Shown: in pieces, positions 11,701 through 23,702 of the stretch
How the letters are laid out: every line of letters begins with the position of its first letter
Numbering within the stretch: the first letter of the stretch is position 1
Assembly: GCA_030704615.1 (NCBI GenBank)
Contig: CM060731.1
Coordinates: forward strand, 10,974,001 to 11,038,000
Reading direction: 5' to 3'
Length of the DNA: 64,000 nucleotides
Origin: Takakia lepidozioides
Taxonomy: Eukaryota > Plantae > Bryophyta
Made by a program: the position numbers and the translations under genes
Notes under the pieces: generated by a model
Told to the model about the DNA's origin: nothing
The model's database searches: none
The model's input: the letters and a program-made list of their open reading frames with translations, nothing else

Positions 11701-14700
11701 AAAAGGTAAAAGTGTGTGAGAGCGATTAACTACAGCACGACTGCCCACGACTCCTCTGCCACTTTGGCGGTGCTGCCATCACTCCCTTCGCTTCCCGTGT
11801 GTTTTGCTCATCAAACTTCGCTTTCACGCCTGTCCACTCTTTTACTGCCCAAGCTTCTTCTCCTGTAACTTCCCAATCCATATTTCCCTTAATTTATAAT
11901 TAAAAACAAAAACCAAAAACAAATCCATGTTTGCCCATGGGCCATGACTTGCATTTCGGAAATGTGGTCAATGAACGGGTCAGACTTAAGCGAATGGGTC
12001 ATTAGGCAGCCGAGGACTGTCCGAGTGCGAAGCGAACAAGTGGGAAGCGGAGGGAAAGGCGCGTAAGCTTCCCACAGCCAAAACATTCTCCGTGAAAACA
12101 ATAGTGATAGTAATAATAATAGTGATAAAAACAAGAGGAAGTCGAAAAAGCAGTTGGGACTCGGGAGCGAGTGCGAGGCCAAAGTAATGGCGGTGCACAG
12201 GGTTCGCAAAAAGGGGGGCCACAGGTGTCGAACCGTCGTCGGCCCCCGGGATCACGTCAACTCCGCCACGCAACTCGCCCGAGAACCGCCACGCGCCGGT
12301 AGGCAAGAGGCGTCACGCGGAAGTCTCGCCAAAACAACCGCGTGCATTCCCCGGAGCGGCGAAACTCCGTTCTCACCGGAGATCACCGGTGGACGGTGGC
12401 GAGTGACCGGGACTGGGAGCGGGCGATGGCCGGTCGGCCGACCGTCGGACCAGGTAAAGGTCGTGCAGGCAAACGGGCGTCGCCGGGGACTGGCCAGCGC
12501 CAGCGCCGACAACCGTCTGTCCCCACACGCGGCGCCCGCCCATTCCGCACCGCAGGTACGACCCGCAGCCGGGCGTGTTGGGGCGCCACGTGGACGGCGT
12601 TGGCGATGGCGGCTCACGGCGGAGGGAGGGGGCCCACTTTGCGCGGCCGGATTCGCACGCGAATGGGATATATCGTCGTGTCCCCAGCCGCCCGCCCTCG
12701 CTCTCACCTTATTACCTTATTATGTACCGCGCTGCGCCGTGTGCGCGCTGCGTGGTGTCACATTAGGGTCAAGTTCGACTCACCTACTTACCCCCCCCGC
12801 TGCCTACTCGCGGCCGGGTTGGCCTATTCTGGACGGCGGGTTAGGGTTACCTAATGAAATGCGGGTCTCATCACTGTGTTAATACGTCCAAACGGCGGCT
12901 TTTAGCGCGCAGGCGACAGGTGGTGCGTAAACAATGATGCGCTACGGCTGGCTGTAACTAGAAAGATACATGATCTGCCGCTAATCACGTTCCCAACCCC
13001 CCGCCCGGCCGTTCACTCGCTCACTAATACGCTCGATCACACAGCTACCAATTATTCGGGGTGATAATTGATTGCCTCCCTGCTCTCTATTTTCGCGGCG
13101 TTGTGCCTTCAATGTTTAGGTACCCCGACTGGGTACTAACTTATTTCTCGATCAGCTTTGCACTAATGAGAACCTTTTTATTATTATTTCTATTTCGTGC
13201 TTCAATGGATGAACGGATGGCAGGAATAGAGAATGAAACTTAGGCAAGCTCCATACATCTATGGGATGCGAAATGCCTGAGCCTAAAAACAACAATAATA
13301 ACGTGGGCGACGAAATGTTCTACCGACCGCTTTGAGAACACGCAAAATGCGTTGGGGATGAATAATAGCGTCCATGAGGAGGGGGCACTTGAATGGTATT
13401 TAGGGCTGTCGTTAATGCACTAAAATGTGGCTTGTGGGGCGCCGGGTGGGCACGGCAGGCGCGAAGTAATGAAGGGTGGCCTGCTCGCTGCAGGCTCTAC
13501 ACACGCCGACCTACCCGGCTCTCGTTCTGATTACGGATATTATTACCGAGGCTCGAAAAGGCCGGCCGTGAGGAGGCGGAAAGTGGGAAAAGGTCGGGGG
13601 AAAGATCGAAATATCCCGCAGGGAAGGTGCTGGAGATGCCGGAGGCGGCCACAATAAAGAAGGGGAGGGGCCAAGCGAAGACGTGTGTAAGGGGGGGCAT
13701 TGAAGGCGGTGTAGGACCGGGGAACGCGGTCGCTGCGTAAAGGCCCGCAGCGCGGTATGTTTCGTGCCGCCACCCGCGCCATTAGTCGCAAAGCGCTCGC
13801 CGCGTTTAAGGGCCGAGCCGGCCTCCGCGCGGCCGGCCCGCGTTGCCAGAGCGCAGAATCCACCGCGCGGTCGACATGTCGCCGCACAGTGTGCCGCGCG
13901 GTGCTCGTCGTTGACCGGGAGAGGTTAGTGAGTACAGCAGGCTGATTAGAAGGCGCTTAGTGAGTTGGTTTGACGACAATTAATAAATAAGGGGCAGGGC
14001 CATGGGACGGCATGAAAAGTCGTGCGCACCCGGAATAATATGGCAAGTCATCCCAACATCCGTTTCTGGGTCCGGCGACAGTGTGCCTGGCAGGAGTCTG
14101 CGAGCGGCCAGTTGCCGACAAAATTCGTACCTAGGAAGGACTTTTTCTCTATGATTAGTGTTAGTAACGATGGGCAAGTTTATAGGTAGACCCGTCACCC
14201 CAATGCTTGAGTCCACAACTTGCCACCCATGGTTAGCAGTTATCACTGTTCAAATATCGAGAACAATTTTGTGCTCCTGCAATATGATTCAGTAATTGCA
14301 GAGAAAGTTCTCACCACCTAACCTACTAACCACAGGCCTCCATGTGGTTTGGGGGCATCTGTCTTGCGACAATTGCCAGTACCTAGCTACTACCTCTGAT
14401 GGCTTGCAGAATACCGCATTCATTTACGGTACCTCCGATCGAGGCGATCCTGAAGTCCTCGATTCCCTTCGTTCATGCCAATCTTGGTGGAACGAGTGCA
14501 GTTGCGCAGCTTCCTGCGCAAGGTTCCCAATGCCTTTGGCCCATGTGGGTGTTATTATCATGTGGGCAATTTTGGTTAGTGGAGTTTTGACCTCATTTGG
14601 AAGGCTACACTCACTAATCAATGCTTCGCTCTCTAGGCCTGTTGCTGCCACATGGTCTCCACTTACACAAAGAGGTCACCGGTGAGCACCATGCCTGCAG

Positions 14701-17053
14701 CCTTAATAATGAACCTCCAGCAAGCTTGCTCGAGAGCTCCCTGTCCACTCTCTGTTGCTACTTACAGAGCTGAGCTACTCTTGACTCCCCCTCATCATCG
14801 TAGCTAGTTCGATCACCCGCTCTGCTAACTTATTACTCGCTGCTTTACGGCCTGCACCTGCCTCGGCCTGCTTGGCTGTGCTCGCAAGCCACAGCAAGCG
14901 TGTCCCTGCGCTTGGCCGGGTGCGCCTAGGCCCACCCACGGAAACAGTCTTGCGGCCAAAAGAGAGAGAGAGAGCGAGCGAGCGACGGGGCCTTGACTGG
15001 GCTCGCAGGGCGCCGTGCGGGCCCGACGCGCAGCGCACGCGGACGGCGACGACGGAGCGCCGGGACCCGCCCGGCCTGCCCGCCGCCACGCCGCGCCTGC
15101 CCGCGCCCTCTGCCCGCAAAGCCTGCCGCGCTGTCGGCGCCGTGCTTCTCGTCTTGGCGTGCCGGCCCTTTGGCCTTTTACACTCCCGGCCTTCATCCAT
15201 CCCTCTCGTTAGGGTTTTCCTCTTGGATGCGCTTGCATGTGGGGCAAGTGTGATTCCCAGTTTCGGGAGGCGACCCCACATATCCCTGCAGAGGCATGAC
15301 CCATAATTAGTCAACAGTGACCCGCTGACACGAGTCTGCCACAACTGAGTGCGAGTGATACGATATCATGTGATTACTTATAATGAGATTTTTTAGCGTG
15401 GTACCGCAGGCAGTCGCTAGTGTTAAGTATGTCGATTAATGTCCACATGAAGCTCTGGTTCGAGAATGATAAAAAAAAAAGGGGCTGCTTTATTGGATAT
15501 GAATGATCACACTTATGCGATTCCGACTGCGGAATCAAAGACATGCTGAGTCATAATTAATTAGTTGACACTAAATCAGGTGTTGGTGACGCAACCCACA
15601 TTGCGTTTACTTACCCACACTCGTCTGCATCAGAGTTGACCCACCCAGGAATTTTGTGTTGGTTCGCGACGACTTGTGGAAAACAGGCTTTTGGTTTTGT
15701 TTGTAAGACTGTGTTCCCTCTCCACACGGGTAATAAGTAAGTAGTAACTACATTTTGGGTGACGGGGATTGTAACCCCGTTTAATTTCCTGTAAATGTTC
15801 CTTCCTCTCCATTTCAGGAGCACGCCAAACATGGGCGCTTCCTCCAGATTATTCATCCAGCATCCTTAATGAATGATGAATGAAAACCCGTGACTTGTGT
15901 AAAGGTTCCATGCGACTTCATTTCCTTCCTTTACTGTCGCCAGCATTCTTTCAATTATTCCATTGACAATTCTGTCACACAGATTAGTGACCCCACCTTT
16001 TTAGCTCTCTCTCTCTCTCTTCCCATTGCCAACATGCCTTCTTCAAAATTTCCATCGGATTGGTCATCAGTCCGACGGATAAATTACATTCAACAACACC
16101 AAAAAAAAATGACTTTGTTTTTCTCTGTCCAGGTATTGATGAGCACTACGTACGATGAGCCCAGCATGGGGCCCATTTACAAAAATACAAGAGTAATAAC
16201 GTAATAACCAGAAAGGCTATACACATAGCACTGAATAAAATAGAGCCCAAAGCTTCGATTCGATTCGGTTCGGTTGGAGCTGCCTGCACTTGGAAGCCAA
16301 CACAACACTCCTCCACTCGTGAAGGCGAATACAATACACAAGTGGGTGTGGGATGGAGTAGGCCGACATAGTGGGTGTAGGGCACGGGCGTGAGGGAGGT
16401 CGCAGGCGCAGCACAGCCATAGCGTGCAGGCCGGCCAAGTAAGTAAAGGCGCCACAAATGGGGCGTGGTGGAGTAAAGGAGCGGGGGCCAGCCGCGGTAG
16501 CAGAGCAGCCAAGGCAGGCAGAGTGGCGGTGCGGCCACGGGCCCACCGCAGCAGACAGCGCGGGCAGGCGTTGGGCGAGGGCAGCGTGCGCGACGTGCGG
16601 CCGCACACGCCACCCTCCCGCGCCTCGCCATACGCCACTTGGCCCGCCTCGCCCCCCCCCCTTCAACGGTCACTGCGCCGCTCTCCGTCCCGATATACTC
16701 TACTTATCCCCCCTCCCTGCCTCCATCTCTGCGTCTCATCATCAAGCCCCTCAATAATGTATCCTCCTTCCTTCCTACTCTCTCTCGGGATGAATACCTA
16801 GTCTTTCATCTCCCAAAATTTCAGTCCCCACCCCACCTACCTCCCGGGAAAAAGCACTAGAGTCCAGCAGCCGGAGATTATAAGGCTGAACCTGGGTTGA
16901 ACAGAAGTCGACGCTGCAAATAGAGAGCAAAGAAAATAAGTGTAGCAGCTGGACTCAGCTTGACAGGATAACATTTTTCTCATGCGGGGTCACCGTAATT
17001 ATGTGCCGGACTGACCTCGTATCTGACCTTCCTACATTTTTCTGCTTTGTACT

Positions 17054-17539
17054 TACAAATGCCGGGAGGGGGTCAAAATGAAGGCCTGTCTTTTAGGGCA
17101 CCTCCAAAATCGCAGTAATGACATTCCAGGGAAAGCTTGTACAATCGTTCAAGTCTGAATCCCTCCGGCCCTGCCACACCCTCTGTTTCCGTTCTCCAGA
17201 AACATTTAGCGCCAATCCGGGACCCATGCCTGCCTGCCTGCGTAGGCCCACAGCTACCTGCCGACCTACTTGCTCGCTGGTTGTAGCCCTTCTGTTTGAC
17301 GGGTTGCGGCCCAAAACAGTACCCACCCGCCCTGCTGTCTTTTCAGCCGCCCCCCTATGACTATCCCGAAGCTCCTTGAGGAATTCTGTTGCCAGGAAAT
17401 CCGTTCGGCCGAAATTCTGCCGGCCGGACAGTACCAACCGCCGCCGGACTTTATACTAGAAAAACGGGGAGAAGTTTTTGGGCAAATCCAACAAATGCAC
17501 GACACTAAAATATTGCCCAAGTCCCCCCTCCGGTTTGTA
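17054..17539. mobile_element. Possible MITE with imperfect terminal inverted repeats
   Basis: Left TACAAATGCCGGGAGGGGGTC versus reverse complement of right end TACAAACCGGAGGGGGGAC; non-coding interior. Confidence 0.35.
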
Positions 17540-20162
17540 TGATATCCCGTGTTGTTCCGTTTGCTCTACGATTTTGGATCCTGAGTTTCCAAGGTCCTGC
17601 TTCAAACTTGTTTGCATTGCAACTATTTTCTCTGTACTTTGGCAACAGTGCCTACCGACATGCAAGATATATGTATATTATATGCATGTAATATTAATAT
17701 TACTGTATATTAATGTGGTATTATTCTGTACATCACACCGAATCTGTACATATTGTGTGAGGCCCTCATATTGGATATAGAATTGAGATCCCCCCCACCC
17801 CACCCCCCACTTCATTGAAGTAGATGTTAGAGGAGCCCTGTACAGTATAAAGAAAAGGCTATGGGCATGATGATGCCGTCAGCATGGGGAGATCTTAGAA
17901 GCCATCCTGATTCCTTGCCATTTATAAAGCGACTTTTCTGTAGCAGCAGTCCAGTCTTTAAACCATCCATCATCCGCAGACCTCATAATTCATCTAGATT
18001 AAATACATCTCATCCAACCTTGAATACCAAATGCTTGTAGGCACATTAAAATGAAGTAAAGCGGTCAGTGTGGTTGGGTGTCATTAACACATAGTGGAGA
18101 CAGATCAAGGGGGTAGGCTTTCTGTAACAATTAACACTTGGACTCAACTTTGAAAGGGGGTCTTTTCCCTGACAGGTTGTTTAACGTTTAACAATTAAAG
18201 GGTTTACTGACGGTAAATTCTATTCAAAATATTACCTTGCCAAATCCCGAAAACAGACTATGGAAGTAGGGTTTTGGAGAATATATTTCTCAGAACTTTT
18301 CAATGTTGAAGACTTTTAACCAATATCTTTAAGAGGTACTAGGCATTGAAATTTGAAAAAATATATTTTTGGTTTGGATCTAAAATATATTATAATAGTT
18401 ACTTTAAAAGTTTTGAATTTACGCCAGTCAGCGTGATTATTTGCACTCCAGGACACAGGCCAGCACCAGGACCCTAAATACTAAGTAGTACTAACTGTGG
18501 TGGTTTAACTCTGAAAATAATTTGATGGGGTGAGCGTTTTTGTCCCTGTCTGGCGTTGGCCATCGCTCTTGCCATACCGCAATAAAAAGGCCCCCCCTGC
18601 GTTTGCACTGGGACACTCAGCAAAGGTACGCAAAGTAGGTGACCAATAAAACACTGATCCATCCATCCATCCATCCACCCTTACTAAGGGTGCCACCTTT
18701 CTGAACTGTGATACAGTGCTCTCACAATAAATAAGTCGCTGATAAGTAGATAAATACCCTCCTCCATACATGTAGTAATTAGCCAAGGGGCCAGGCCGGA
18801 AAATCAGGCATGTCGCCCATCTCTCTTGGTTAGCTTGGCTGTGCGTTGTAGGTATGGATCCAATCCGCTGTCCCAACAAGTATGACCCATCCATCATTCC
18901 CTGTTTGAACGGGAGGTTTTCCCTGAGGGAAAACAGGACAAGGAACAGCGGTCCATCCTCGGCAAGCCCACCCACGAGATGTCAAGTATGCGTACAAGGT
19001 GAAGCAACGACGGTCTCCCATGATGAGAAAAAAGGATATGTACTTGATGGTGAATGCGGGATCAATCCTAGACTACAGGAAGGCTCGGGAATCGGCAACA
19101 AGCAGAAGGCAAGGCGGAAAGAAGCGAGAGTCAGCAAAAGGTGGGGTAGCCGTTATCGAGATGACGCAGCAGAGCAGCATGACAAAAGCGCAGTAAAAGC
19201 TGTGGCGGTTTGGCGTCAGAGCAGCGCGGCGCAGACTTGGCGATCATCGATGGCGTGCTGCGCCCGTGTCCGGCTGCGCTGCAGGCCACGCGAGTCGCGA
19301 CGCGCGCCTGCCGTGGCCGTAGGCCGCCGCCGCCTTTTCTCCTCGCCTTTTCCGCACTCTCTCTCTTCCTTTTTTCTGGGCGCTGGCCGCAGGAATTAGG
19401 TCAAGCTCCCGAGAGGAGTTGCTGCGAAAGTGGGCGGACTAGGGTTTACTGTTGAAGGATGATAGGGGTTTTATGAGGGTTTTGCGTAGTTAGGTCGGAC
19501 GTTTTACATTTGCATGCCAACTGTGATGGATTCCTGTCCGTATGGAGCATTGATCGGTTGGAAGTGTTTGATAGGTTGTGAAATTGTAGGTTGTGTACTG
19601 AGATTTGCAGCGCCTGTAACAGCTTCAGGAAAAAAGATAATGTCGCTGGGGTGGAGATTTGATCTACCTACCTCCACTTTGCTTGGATGACAAGCGTCTG
19701 CTGCAACAAAACTTCTGAAGCATTGTACTGAGTTGGAGGCATGATGTCTCTGATGTCTTGCTACTGGTCCATCGCTCAACTTTATTCATCGCTTTGAGTC
19801 TTTACCACTCCTGCCCCACCCAAAAAAAGTCTTCTGTGCGCTTCAAAATCCAAGCCATAGCAAGTCCACACACAAATGATAAAGAGATGCCGCTGCTACG
19901 CTCAACATGCAACCACATCAGCGATTTTCTTTTTAAAATCTGGAAAACAGCACGAGGCTACTGAGATTTGCAGGAAATAGCCGAATATTCTGTTCCTCTA
20001 TTGAAATTTGGATAGAATCATCCTCCTCTGTACTTTCATCCATTGATATCATCCATATTTGGCGAATTCATCCAGAGTCTATTTTTCATTTGGTGATTTC
20101 ATCCATGAAAAAACAGGGAATTTGCAACAGAACAGGGCCCACAAGTTTTCTACTCAAGAAGC

Positions 20163-20288
20163 GGTGTCCCATTTGGACGCCTTCACGGCGAGGTTACTGT
20201 GAAAGAGGTTATTTTTTCCTCTCACTATAATTAAGGGGCCTGATTTGTGAGCTGTCGCTCCCAGGTGTTTCCCTTTTTTTTTTTTTCA
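20163..20288 (+). mobile_element. Short 5'-truncated non-LTR retroposon (LINE/SINE 3' end), copy 1
   Basis: About 85 bp nearly identical to 23605-23690; flanked by direct repeat AAGAAGC (20156-20162 and 20289-20295); homopolymer tail. Confidence 0.6.
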
Positions 20289-20396
20289 AAGAAGCAAAGA
20301 ACTGGTGAAACTAGTTACAGTATTGGAGCTTGATTTCGGAATGTCAAATCTTCCCGCCATCTCTTCAGAGTGACATGGAACTGAGGGAGAGTAAAC

Positions 20397-21116
20397 CAGT
20401 GTTGGACCAGTATATAAGTCTTGGGCGGGTATCAAGTAGGATAAGGGTAATGGTATGAAGGATCATACCAGGTACCTACAAGGGCAAAACCTGGCTGGTT
20501 GGGTAGGATACATGGACTTCTAAAACCCTGGCTAACAGTCTGGTCTTCTTCCTCCAATACCATGCATGCGTCGGTTGAGGGACAGGATGCACAGGATGCA
20601 CGGTAGGGTCTAGGGTAGTTTGAGGTTAGGGATACTAACTACATAGAGGGTTTTCAGGAGGGCACTTCAGTGAGGATAGAGGCAAGGCCTTTTTTATTTA
20701 AAAGAAATGGAGGAAGCTCTTAAAATTTTATTCGAATTATTTGAGGGAAAAAAATTAAAACCCTAGGGTGCCCGGAGGCTGCCATAAGGCATGTTCTCGC
20801 GGTGGGACCATTTGAACAGTTGAAATGACCATTTGAATAGTTGGAATCTTAATATGATTTAAAGGGCCTCCGTCCCTTTTTTATTTTTATTTTTAAGAGT
20901 TAGAAAGAACTGCACTAGTATAGCTGGTACCAGACCCTGGCACATACCAGGCTGGTATGACTTTTAAAAATTTGTTTAATACCATACCATATACCCTACA
21001 AGGCTAGCAAATTTACACATCTTGATACCAGTACCATACTGGTTTGAATAATTCAACTCTACCCCAATACCTTTACCCTAGTGGTGTCAAAAAACCATGA
21101 TACATTTCCAACACCG
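20397..21116. mobile_element. Non-autonomous hAT element (720 bp)
   Basis: TIRs CAGTGTTGGA / TCCAACACCG (one mismatch); perfect 8-bp TSD GAGTAAAC at 20389-20396 and 21117-21124; subterminal GGTAT/ATACC repeats. Confidence 0.85.
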
Positions 21117-23591
21117 GAGTAAACTCCAGTGGGGGGGGCACAGGGATACACGAGGAGGCGTGTAACTCCACTTGGGGTTACATTAGGTTACAGGACAAGG
21201 TGTGTAACTCCACTCGGGATTACATAGAGTAGACGGTAACTCCACTCGGTGGAACCCACACTTGATCTCGAAATTTGACTAAGTTGACTAAGTATAAAAT
21301 GGACTAACGAGGATTACATGAGAAACCTGGGTTACACTAATAGCTAGGGTAACAAGGCTTATATGAGGGACCGGGGTTACAAGAATATCCAAATTACACT
21401 ATAAGAATCTCCCTTCGGGAATCAAACCCAGAAACTCGCCCCTTGCAATGTTATCACCTTACCATCATGCTACCCACCACAGCTTGAAACCCATTCGGAT
21501 TCTTAAAGTATTTAATAGTGATACCGAGGTAAGAGGGGGTGGGGAGGATTTGACAGGGGCCCCGCCGGAGGAGAATCCTACGGAATTATCGTCAGATCGT
21601 TTTCGTCCATTAAGTTCTTACATTATTCCTATTGTCTTCCCTTGAGACCTCACTTCCAGAAAATCACAACATATATACATTGTGGTAGTTACTATTTTAT
21701 GATATTGTTGTCGTTTTCTCCCACTATACTTGGGACACTTGTTTACAAATGTGACAAAAAGAATCCATAAGCAAGTGCATAGCCCAACATCGGACAATGT
21801 ATGGCCTTAGTTGTCGGCAAGGAAATACAGCAAACAAACAAGAACTTAACTTTGGCTGTAATTAGTTGTCACAAAACATCTCCTCAGCCGGTATTGTGTA
21901 ACAACTTATCATACCCTTCTAGTTTGTCCGGAGTGTTTATTTGACGACAAGTGAGATCGTGCATTGTCCATATTCATCTTCAGAAGCAACATGCAATCTT
22001 CAGAAGCAACGTAACCAAACAAATTGGCTTCTAAACTTTTTCTTCTTACAAGAGGGGTGATGTTATTGACGACCTTTAGTCACATCCAGGCGAAGTGTGT
22101 TGGTTCTAGCATTGCACCATACTCTGGGATGCAAGGTTGGTAGCAAGAATCTAGGTCTTTTTCTTCTTTTCTTAACATAGCCAATCAATAGCTTAAATGG
22201 ATGGAGCACTGGAATTGTGTGTGGAATAATATTCTCCATGGGTTTGCTTGGTGAGGTTACTTGGAAAGAGGTTAGTTTTTCATCTTACTATGATTATGTG
22301 TCCCATGTACTCCAAGAAAAAGATATGTGACTTCAGTTGAATGCTGCTATATTAGGAGGGGGTGGGCGGCGCAATTGGGCAGGGGGGGTTGGAAACCTTG
22401 CTGGGCTCACCTCGCCGTGAAGCATCATGCTGTCGGCCCGGCTTTCTCTCAGCTTATGTCTTATCTCTCCTCCCTATGCCCCTCCGACCTTCTAATATTC
22501 TCTTTCGCGCGGATTCTAGGCCCAACCACACAGAAATGTAAATCAAGGGCTTTGTTTGCCGGCTTGAATTTGTCAATGGATCATGGTTGGGGGATTTCTG
22601 GCACTATTGCAAGGCAATTTTTGTAGGCCGGCCAATTTGATTCATGGATGCTTCCAATGCACGCTAAGCCCCAATTTCTTAATTCACGGTTAGTAGTAGT
22701 ATAACCCAGGTCCGCTTTGGCCATTAGAACAAATGACATGACAGCAAATAAAGTAGGACGCCCCCAAGAGAGCGTAACCTTATGGTGTCGCTTCACCACA
22801 AGGGCTACTGCCTTCCAGCTGAAAGGTGGACACCTTCATGACACACAGACCATGGGTTGAACCCACAACCGCATCCAACGTGGTATGTGCCCAATACCAC
22901 TGGGCTACATGCTGGTGGCAGCATAGTGTTAAGAGGGGGACGGCTGATTTTGGATGGACAAGGTGTTTACTTACGACAATCTTGTCAACTAAAAACATCG
23001 GAAAAGGCAAACTCATTTTCTGCAACGGACATGATTATTTGATTTTTATTAGGTCTGTCAAAATGAAACCCGGGTGAAAAGGAAAGTCTTCGATTCTTCC
23101 CTACATTGGGGAAATTATAATCTGAAGTCCGAATAGAGTGATGAATACCGTTCACGGAGAGTAGGAGTGTTCCTGGATTTTTGGTACAGTCTGATGGGAA
23201 GCGGCTACTAGTGCCGTAATGGCTCCACTGCCACCCTTTCATTCACATTTAATAAAAACCCCTGCATTTTTCTCACTTTACTAACAATATCTCCAAAACA
23301 AAAAAAAATCTCATCGTTACCTTTTCATCCATTTCTGCTCATCTCCAAATAAGGTCTTCCAACTTATACGATGTTCTGGTACTCCACAATTTAATAGTAA
23401 TAATAATAAATGCGATATAGATAACTGGCGAATTTGATTTTAGAAAAGGATATTTTACCCGGGGAGGTTCATTCATTTTAGGTGTCCTCTGGGCAAAGCT
23501 ATAATAGGGACTTCCACTCTCCTCTTTTAGGGCAGGACTAAAAAATGTAATGGTAGGATGAGAAATGAACTGGGACTCAGACAACAGGACT

Positions 23592-23702
23592 ATGCGAAAG
23601 CCGGTTACTGTGAAAGAGGTTATTTTCTCCTCTCACTATAATTAAGGGGCCTGATTTGTGAGCTGTCGCTCCCAGGCTTTTCCCTTTTATAATTATAAAA
23701 AA
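23592..23702 (+). mobile_element. Short 5'-truncated non-LTR retroposon (LINE/SINE 3' end), copy 2
   Basis: Same core as 20163-20288, A-rich tail, 9-bp direct repeat AACAGGACT at 23583-23591 and 23703-23711. Confidence 0.65.

Noticed and set aside
14733-14748. GAGAGCTCCCTGTCCA resembling the miR159/319 complement
   Set aside because: The match needs a gap and no hairpin partner was found.
18195-18430. Possible Kolobok-like MITE (TTAA AGGG left end, partial inverted repeat)
   Set aside because: The right end lacks the matching CCCT TTAA; the inverted match is short and imperfect.
20372-21456. Solo LTR hosting the hAT insertion (TG...CA, repeated GTAACTCCACT)
   Set aside because: No matching TSD or clean terminal inverted repeat; boundaries unsupported.
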